IMG/VR virus record: IMGVR_UViG_3300042524_000214
Span: 102,663 to 131,453 of that record
From: a virus
Lineage: Duplodnaviria; Heunggongvirae; Uroviricota; Caudoviricetes
Length of the DNA: 28,791 nt
Strand: one strand, 5' to 3'
Shown: piece after piece, positions 17,067 through 23,369 of the stretch
Layout: every line of letters starts with the position of its first letter
Position numbering within the stretch: position 1 is the stretch's first letter
The notes under the pieces: model-generated
What the model was told of the DNA's origin: nothing
The model's database searches: none
Seen by the model: only the letters and a program-made list of their open reading frames with translations
Translations under genes and position numbers: made by a program

Positions 17067-19194
17067 AGCTTACTTCGTATTTTCCGGTTGTACTATTAAA
17101 AGTATAATCTTTTATTGTTTTTCCTTTCAAAGAATTTAAGTATTCTCCTCCTTTTCTCATCTGTGGAGTACCTTGCTCTGGGGATTCCATTCCTGTTTCT
17201 CCCCCTTGTATTTCTTGTAGTATTTCTTGTATCATTTGCATAGCTTGCTCTTGAGGTATACCCATTTGAACTAATTGTTCTAATACTTGTTTAGGGTCTG
17301 CCCCTTGTTTAAGAGCTTGTTCAACTTGTGATTCAATTTGCTCCATACTTGGTGTTTCTCCTTCGGTTCCTTCATTTTCCCCCTCTGCTTTCTCATCCAT
17401 TGCTTCCCCACCTTCTTGGTAATATTTACCCCCTCTTTTCATTTGTGGGCTAGCTTGTGGTGCTTGTTGACCTCCTTGCATTTGTTGCATAGCTGCTTGC
17501 ACTATTTGTTGAGCTTGTTCTTGTGGAACACCTGCTTCAATGAGTTGTTGTAGTATTTGTTGAGGGTCGGCACCTTGCTGTAGCATTTGTGAAACTTGCT
17601 GCATGATAGCTTGCATTTGTTCGTTTTGTTGTGGTTCAGCTGCTTGTTCCTCACCACCTTCTTGATACATATAACCGCCTCTTTTCATTTGTGGGGTACC
17701 TTGTTCCATCTGCTCTTCTTGTGGGTTTGGCTGTCCACCTTCGGCACCTTCTTCCTGAGAACTTTGTCCTTGTTGTTGTATTTGCTGCATAACAGCTTGT
17801 ACAAGTTGAACTGCTTGTTCTTGTGGCATACCTGATTTTAACAACATCTGCATAACTTGTTGCGGTTGAGCTCCTTGTTGTAATGCTTGAGAGACTTGTT
17901 CTGCCATTTGTTGCTCTCCACCGTCTTGGTAGTACATCGTACCACCTCTTTTCATTTGTGGAGTGGCACCTTGAGATTGCTGCATCACTGTTTGTACCAT
18001 TTGAACTGCTTGTTCTTGTGGTATCCCCATTTGGACTAATTGTTGGATTACTTGTTGTGGGTCAGCTCCTTGTTGTAACATTTGTGCTACTTCTTGCATT
18101 ATTTGCTGTTCTTGACCTCCTCCTTGTTGTTCCATACCTTCTTCTTGTGAATTTGATGTTTGTCCTTCTAATCCTTCTTCCATTCCTGGTTGCATTCCTC
18201 CTTCTTGGTAATAGCCTCCAAATCTTGCCATTTGCTCTCTTCCTTGACCAGTCATACCTTCTCTTTGTTTTTCTGCGTATTGTTTTTTAACGTAATTTTC
18301 TCTTCTAGCTTGCCCCATACCTCCTAGTATATTTCTAGCTGTTCCTAAAGCAACTTTAGCTCCAGATGCAACTGCACCTAGGGTGTCTTTGTTTTCTAGA
18401 GATTGACCAAACATAACACTAGCAGATGGTATATCTACTCCTGAGTAAGGGTTGAAAAATTGAAATGGTTGTCCTTCTTTAATATCTGGTTTTTGTAATC
18501 CGGTTGTTTCTGTTTTTGCTTTTGCATCTTCTACTTCTGCACCAAACACATTGCTAGACATAGGTTTTTCTATACCTTGTGGTAAAGGATTTTTTGCAGC
18601 CCAATCTTTTCCTGCTGTTAGAGATTCTGGAGATAATGGACTTGGTTTATTTGGGTCTACTCCTAATCCATTTTCATTTGGATTTATTGCTGTTATTTTA
18701 TTTAAACTGGCTGAAAATTCTTCCGGAGAAGCTATGTTTGTGTTTTCGCCAAATTTAGGCTTAGGGAACGTACTACCTGGGAAATTCCCTGCAAACTGGT
18801 AGCTAGGTAGTTGATAACCACCCTCTCCATGAATATTATCATACATTTCGTATGCTACAGCAACTGCTTGTTTTTGGGGATAGCCCTCACGTACAAGTTT
18901 TGAAATTTTAGCACTTATCCAGTCATTCTTTTCACCACCGTGACCAAACATAGGGGTTTCCGCCACATAAGAAGCTCCACCAAATCTATACTCTTCTCCC
19001 GGTTGCATAACCACGCTATTACCAATTGGATTACCATTTTGGTCTAGAGGGGTTGCTTGCAATGGGTAAGGGGTATTAGCCATAGTTATATTCTCACTTG
19101 GTATAAAATTAACAGGGTTTTTCTCTGAGCTATACCCTGGAGTATAACCTGTTCTATTTACTAGGTTAGACTTTTTTTTGTACTTTCTTTCCAT
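17059..19194 (-). CDS. Putative virion/head-associated protein (711 aa) with four Gln/Met-rich helical repeats separated by MKRGG...YQ[DE]GG motifs
   Basis: N-terminal compact domain (IPSENITM...PYPL...MQPGEEYRF...ETPMFGHGG), a short ISKLVREGYPQKQAVAVA module, and four ~45-aa repeats. Function not assigned. Confidence 0.7.
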   Translation of the reverse strand: MERKYKKKSNLVNRTGYTPGYSSEKNPVNFIPSENITMANTPYPLQATPLDQNGNPIGNSVVMQPGEEYRFGGASYVAETPMFGHGGEKNDWISAKISKLVREGYPQKQAVAVAYEMYDNIHGEGGYQLPSYQFAGNFPGSTFPKPKFGENTNIASPEEFSASLNKITAINPNENGLGVDPNKPSPLSPESLTAGKDWAAKNPLPQGIEKPMSSNVFGAEVEDAKAKTETTGLQKPDIKEGQPFQFFNPYSGVDIPSASVMFGQSLENKDTLGAVASGAKVALGTARNILGGMGQARRENYVKKQYAEKQREGMTGQGREQMARFGGYYQEGGMQPGMEEGLEGQTSNSQEEGMEQQGGGQEQQIMQEVAQMLQQGADPQQVIQQLVQMGIPQEQAVQMVQTVMQQSQGATPQMKRGGTMYYQDGGEQQMAEQVSQALQQGAQPQQVMQMLLKSGMPQEQAVQLVQAVMQQIQQQGQSSQEEGAEGGQPNPQEEQMEQGTPQMKRGGYMYQEGGEEQAAEPQQNEQMQAIMQQVSQMLQQGADPQQILQQLIEAGVPQEQAQQIVQAAMQQMQGGQQAPQASPQMKRGGKYYQEGGEAMDEKAEGENEGTEGETPSMEQIESQVEQALKQGADPKQVLEQLVQMGIPQEQAMQMIQEILQEIQGGETGMESPEQGTPQMRKGGEYLNSLKGKTIKDYTFNSTTGKYEVSYE
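17146..18231 (-). repeat. Four degenerate intragenic repeats (Q/M-rich helical unit plus PQM[KR][RK]GG)
   Basis: The core [VI]xQxLxQGAxPxQ[VI]xxxLxxxG[IMV]PQEQAxQ occurs 4 times. At DNA level ttcatttgtgg recurs at ~17437, ~17684 and ~17951, with a variant at ~17156. Confidence 0.9.
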
Positions 19195-19206
19195 TTTATT
19201 TTTTTA

Positions 19207-19230
19207 TTTGAAATATTTTTATTAATTTTG
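19207..19230 (+). promoter_or_regulatory. Possible Bacteroidota promoter for the VanZ-like gene
   Basis: TAATTTTG (19223-19230) followed by CAC, 22 nt upstream of the ATG at 19253. The nearest TTTG (19207-19210) is only 12 nt upstream, shorter than the usual ~19-21 nt spacer. Confidence 0.45.
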
Positions 19231-19252
19231 CACTTTAATTAAACGATTTATT

Positions 19253-19618
19253 ATGAAAACTTTATTACTAGGAATTTTTAGTTTTATTTTTTACAACGGG
19301 TTTTTTACATTCTCAAAAAGTAATACTATTATTTTATCTATATTTACAGATAAGCAATTACATTTTGCTGTATTCTTTTTATACCCTTTGGTTTTTTTAT
19401 ATTTTCTTCCTAAAAATAAGATTATTACTATAATAACTCTTTTATTTTTTGGTACTATGACTTTTGGTATAGAAGTATTACAAAGAAAATATTTCCATAG
19501 AACTTATTCTATGCTAGATTTTAAATACTCCTTTTGTGGGTTTTTGTCCTCTTGCCTTGTATTACTAATCCTAAATACTATATCTTATTTTGGCTCTTTA
19601 AAGAAGTTCTCCATTTAG
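19253..19618 (+). CDS. VanZ-like family membrane protein (121 aa)
   Basis: Several hydrophobic segments plus the VanZ-type signature DKxxHF ... GIEVLQ...R..S.LD...G (FTDKQLHFAVFF; FGIEVLQRKYFHRTYSMLDFKYSFCG). It fills a gap with no minus-strand gene and has a -7 box upstream. Confidence 0.78.
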   Translation: MKTLLLGIFSFIFYNGFFTFSKSNTIILSIFTDKQLHFAVFFLYPLVFLYFLPKNKIITIITLLFFGTMTFGIEVLQRKYFHRTYSMLDFKYSFCGFLSSCLVLLILNTISYFGSLKKFSI

Positions 19619-22343
19619 CAACATTCTTTTGTAATAGTAAACTATCAGAAGTTGTTTTGTAAGATTTTTTATTATCCCCTACATCAAACATATTTGAGTA
19701 ATTCAAAACTTTATTAGTATAATCTACATCATAGTCTTTAGCCCAGTCTTCTATTTTCTTACCATTTACCACACGACCCATCGTACTATTATAAGTTGTT
19801 ATAGCTCTATACATAGCATCTTTTTTACTAAATCCTTTATCTAGAAATTTTTTATAGTCTTTAGATAATTTATACATAGTAGTCAATGATGCTTTATTTT
19901 CATCAGAAAAATTATCTTTTGTGATACCTAATTCTGTTACATCATCATTTCCAAAGTTAGATTCATATTTTAATTGTCCTGCTCCTTGGGATGCTTCGTC
20001 TTTTTTAAGCCCTACAGCATGTGCAGATTTAGCTACTGTTTGTTTTATACCGGTAGTGTATTTAGCACTTGTACCAAAACCTGTCTCTTGACCTAGTATG
20101 CCCAAGGATGCCTTAGCTAATGAGTTGTACTCATCGTCACCAAGGTTAAATACTTTTGAAAGTACTTTTTTATTCTTGTTATCATTCAAAGGTTTTATAA
20201 AAGAGTTCTCTAATTTACTTTTTGCAGAAGCTGATGTAAAAAAGTTATCATAATCCCCAGTGGATAAAGTGGCTGCTTTTTTAGGGTTTAGTTTTATAGC
20301 TAAGTCTTCTCTAACTATTTTCTTTTCCCCATTCTCTACAGAACCATAATTTGGTCTAAATATATGCTTTACTGTGTATGGGCTACTATGCCCTTGTATT
20401 TCACTTGCTTTAACTAAATCTCTATACTCTCTACCTTCAAAACCATCTTCTTTATTCCCTTTGTGCAGATTATGTAGTATGTAGTAACTTCCATCTGGGT
20501 TTACTTTATCTACTATACCTACGTGGGTTGTTCCGGTTCCTGCTGCATCGGCTTCTTTTTGGAAAGGGCTAATACCATGTGTGTAAACTGTGATTACATC
20601 TCCAGCTTGTACTTGTTTAGGTTTTACCTCTTGCCCACCTTTGCTTATTATATTTTTACCTATACTCCAAGCATCCCCTGTTATACCAGTCTTGGCATTC
20701 CATTCATCTCTCGATACATTAGGTTGCACGTTTCTAAATAGCTCATTTTGGCTATATTCTGAACACTGTGACTCTGTGCACTTGCCTAATAAACCTTTAC
20801 CCTCTTTTATGCTAGAGTATCCATTATTAGATAAGTTTTGGTTATACTGTTGTATTGCTTTTAATGTTACTTTACCTGCTTTACCATCTATACCTGAATT
20901 CTCAAACTTACCTTCTGGATTTAGATTATATCCTTTTTCTACTAAGAAAGACTGTAGTTTTTTTACTTGGTCTTGGCTTTTAAAATCAGATAGTTTTAAA
21001 TCTATATCTTTATTTTCTATAGAATCCTCTAAAGTAGCTTTGCTTGAAAGTTCCTTATTTATTTCAGATAAATTCAATCTATCTTTTTTATCTTCTATTT
21101 CTTTTAATATCTCTTTTTTAGTACCGTATTTTAATTCCTGTTTTTTTTCTAGTACTTGCTCTTGTATATTTCCAGTACCTTCCCTAACTCCGGTAAATTG
21201 TCTTCTGGGTAAATCCTTGAATACTACCTTTTCGCCTGGTTTAGAGCCATATTTAGATATTAACTCGTCTACTTTGCTAGTTGGTTCTGCTTTTTTTGTA
21301 GTTGGTTTTGCAGTCGGTTTCTGAGTTGTTCTTTGAGGTGTTCCAAAACCCTGAGATAACTGTTCTTGAAAAGTTTTAGGAGCCGCCCCGAAAGGGTTTT
21401 CTTCATCCTCTGCATAAGTTTCTGCAAAATCTCCACCTTCAGCAAATCTTTTTAGTTCTTTGTTGAACACCTCGTAATCAATACCCCCTTGTGTACCCCC
21501 TTGTGTACCACCATTTTCAAAATAGCTTGGTGCTTGTTGAGCTTGATATTCTGGAAGTTCTGGCATATATAATTCATAGCCTGATTGATTAGCTTGAGGA
21601 GCTTGTTGCTCTTCTTGTCTTGCTTGTAGTTCTTGGATAAAGTTTTGCTCTTGTTGAGATTTTTTTAGTTCTTCTTTTGCGGAGTCTCCTTCAATATCTT
21701 CTTGGCTTTTATCCGTTTCATAATAATCTTGTGCTGTTACGTAATCCCCAGAATTCTCTGTTAAGTTAAGAGTTGAATCTAAATAGTAGTCTTTTGGTTC
21801 AGACTTATCTGCATAATAGCTATCTCTAGACTCTGTGCTAGAAGGGTAATTATTGTTTTCCGGATTAGACTTATTTGAGCTAATTCCTATTTTTCCTAAA
21901 ATACTTTTTATTTTTACATCGTACTTATCATCTGTGGCATAACCTTCTCCGCTACCGGTTCTTGGGTTATACTTCCAAATTTTTCCTAATGCTTCGTCTA
22001 CGGTGCTTGCATTTTTGTATTTGCTACCCCATTTTTTTATTCTATCATCTACTGCTTCTTCTAGGGTATCATAATCTCTAAATTTGGCATTAGTTCTGTA
22101 AGACCTATTATTTGATACCTCTAATGTAGACTTATTGCTACCTTTTTGGGAGGCTGATGCTTTTTGCCCAAAATAGTTGTACTTACCGGCAGGGCTCTTA
22201 AACCAACCAGTTTCTAAAATTGCTTGGGCTAAGGTTAGCTCTGGGTGTCTATCTCCTCTATTTTTTGCTGTATCGTAGAGTTGTGTAGCTTTGCTCCACT
22301 GCTCATTACTTACATCTTTTGGTTTTATTAAAACATCTGCCAT
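19578..22343 (-). CDS. Multi-domain peptidoglycan hydrolase (921 aa): GH73 glucosaminidase + PG-binding-1 + NlpC/P60/CHAP-like amidase + lytic transglycosylase/lysozyme-like
   Basis: GH73: AQAILETGW (E at 22212-22214), NYFGQK, FRDY, YATDDKY. PG-binding: VKKLQSFLVEKGY...GIDGKAGKVTLKAIQQY (~20840-20985). Papain-like: QCSEY (C 20763-20765), GDAW, AGDVI, THVGIV (H 20523-20525), ILHN. SLT-like: ILGQETGFG (E 20085-20087), SQGAGQLK, TYNS, YTNKV. Confidence 0.88.
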   Translation of the reverse strand: MADVLIKPKDVSNEQWSKATQLYDTAKNRGDRHPELTLAQAILETGWFKSPAGKYNYFGQKASASQKGSNKSTLEVSNNRSYRTNAKFRDYDTLEEAVDDRIKKWGSKYKNASTVDEALGKIWKYNPRTGSGEGYATDDKYDVKIKSILGKIGISSNKSNPENNNYPSSTESRDSYYADKSEPKDYYLDSTLNLTENSGDYVTAQDYYETDKSQEDIEGDSAKEELKKSQQEQNFIQELQARQEEQQAPQANQSGYELYMPELPEYQAQQAPSYFENGGTQGGTQGGIDYEVFNKELKRFAEGGDFAETYAEDEENPFGAAPKTFQEQLSQGFGTPQRTTQKPTAKPTTKKAEPTSKVDELISKYGSKPGEKVVFKDLPRRQFTGVREGTGNIQEQVLEKKQELKYGTKKEILKEIEDKKDRLNLSEINKELSSKATLEDSIENKDIDLKLSDFKSQDQVKKLQSFLVEKGYNLNPEGKFENSGIDGKAGKVTLKAIQQYNQNLSNNGYSSIKEGKGLLGKCTESQCSEYSQNELFRNVQPNVSRDEWNAKTGITGDAWSIGKNIISKGGQEVKPKQVQAGDVITVYTHGISPFQKEADAAGTGTTHVGIVDKVNPDGSYYILHNLHKGNKEDGFEGREYRDLVKASEIQGHSSPYTVKHIFRPNYGSVENGEKKIVREDLAIKLNPKKAATLSTGDYDNFFTSASAKSKLENSFIKPLNDNKNKKVLSKVFNLGDDEYNSLAKASLGILGQETGFGTSAKYTTGIKQTVAKSAHAVGLKKDEASQGAGQLKYESNFGNDDVTELGITKDNFSDENKASLTTMYKLSKDYKKFLDKGFSKKDAMYRAITTYNSTMGRVVNGKKIEDWAKDYDVDYTNKVLNYSNMFDVGDNKKSYKTTSDSLLLQKNVAKWRTSLKSQNKI
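21483..21506. repeat. Exact 12-nt tandem duplication (acccccttgtgt x2) encoding GG-TQ-GG-TQ-GG
   Basis: Read directly from the sequence; in frame within the lysin gene, immediately after FENGG. Confidence 0.85.
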
Positions 22344-22381
22344 ATTAAAAAAATTAAGCCCCTAAAAGTTAAATTAGGGGC
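22344..22381 (-). terminator. Intrinsic terminator-like hairpin ending the tail transcript
   Basis: Minus strand GCCCCTAA-TTTAACTT-TTAGGGGC (8-bp stem, 22358-22365 / 22374-22381) followed by TTAATTTTTTT, 42 nt downstream of the stop at 22424. Confidence 0.65.
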
Positions 22382-22411
22382 AAAATTACTAAAAATTATT
22401 GTAACTTCAAA
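22381..22411 (-). promoter_or_regulatory. Bacteroidota primary-sigma promoter upstream of the lysin gene
   Basis: TTTG (22408-22411), 19-nt spacer, TAATTTTG (22381-22388). The final G is also the first base of the terminator stem. Confidence 0.62.
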
Positions 22412-22423
22412 ATTAGTTAAATT

Positions 22424-23359
22424 TTATGTGTTTTGGGATTCGTTTAGCACAAATTTAAGTGCTAAGCTAAATCTACTATCTTTATCATAAGAAAGCCTAT
22501 TTAAGAACCAATCTCCTTCCATTTTTCTAAGTGGGTTAATACCTTGGAATTTAATTACCGCTGGGTTAGGTTGTTTATCTATCTGATTCTTGTCTTGGAG
22601 TAAAGCTGGTATGTTTGTTGTATTGTACTTTACTCTGTTAAAAATATAATCATAAGAAAACTGAAAATTATCTTTATTAGTAATCAAAATATTTTGTGTA
22701 TTATTCGGATTTGTTTTTGGATAATTTTTTACAGTGGCTAGGTTAGGCTCTTGTATATCTAATAGTAGTTGCCCTGAACAACCTACGTTATTGTAAATCA
22801 AAGACTTGTTAAACGTTAGTGAAGGTGTTACAGCAAAATCATAATCATTGCTATATCTTTTTGCTTCTGTCCATAATTTTACACCTTTTAACCTTTTTGT
22901 CATATACTCAGATTTTATAGGGTACTCAACAGTGAAAATCTGTTTTTTACCATAAAATACTTGGTAGGACTTGTTTGTTAGTAAGTGTGACCATAAACCT
23001 AATTCTTGGCTATCTAAAGCATTATTTCTTCCTGTTTGGAAGTAACTGTTATGATTAATATAATAGTTAGGGTAGAAGCCATAAAAGCTTAACCAAGAGC
23101 CTGTGTTTAATGAAAAAGCTATCGTCCAAGATACCTCTTCAAAATATCTAACATCTGTTAAACTAGCAGGGGTTAATATGTCAACTACTGTTGGTGGTAT
23201 AGAATCTTCACAACTACAGTAAGCATTACCATTTTCTAATCTAATTAGCGTACAGCCTTCTGGGCAAAGCACGTTTGTAATAGTACCAGAACAGGAGCAG
23301 TATACTACTCCTAATTCTGTGTACTGTGTACAATTTGTTTGTGGGCAAGTGCAATTCAT
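22424..23359 (-). CDS. C-terminal part of a crAss-type tail-stabilisation-like protein (311 aa) with a Cys-rich N-terminus
   Basis: Start revised from 23404 to the ATG at 23359 (MNCTCPQ...), 10 A-rich nt after the upstream stop, which removes a 35-nt overlap. Motifs FEEVSWTIAFS, WLSFYGFYPNYYINHNSYFQTG, GLWSH, FYGK, TFNKSLIYNN, GDWFLNRL resemble the C-terminal half of crAss-like tail proteins (recollection). Confidence 0.68.
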   Translation of the reverse strand: MNCTCPQTNCTQYTELGVVYCSCSGTITNVLCPEGCTLIRLENGNAYCSCEDSIPPTVVDILTPASLTDVRYFEEVSWTIAFSLNTGSWLSFYGFYPNYYINHNSYFQTGRNNALDSQELGLWSHLLTNKSYQVFYGKKQIFTVEYPIKSEYMTKRLKGVKLWTEAKRYSNDYDFAVTPSLTFNKSLIYNNVGCSGQLLLDIQEPNLATVKNYPKTNPNNTQNILITNKDNFQFSYDYIFNRVKYNTTNIPALLQDKNQIDKQPNPAVIKFQGINPLRKMEGDWFLNRLSYDKDSRFSLALKFVLNESQNT

Positions 23360-23369
23360 ATTTTTATTT

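Noticed and set aside
17146-18231. CRISPR array or non-coding tandem repeat
   Set aside because: The repeats are degenerate, in frame and conserved at protein level; there are no identical direct repeats with unique spacers.
19253-19618. Glycopeptide resistance gene vanZ
   Set aside because: Only family-level motif similarity and no van cluster, so no gene symbol is assigned.
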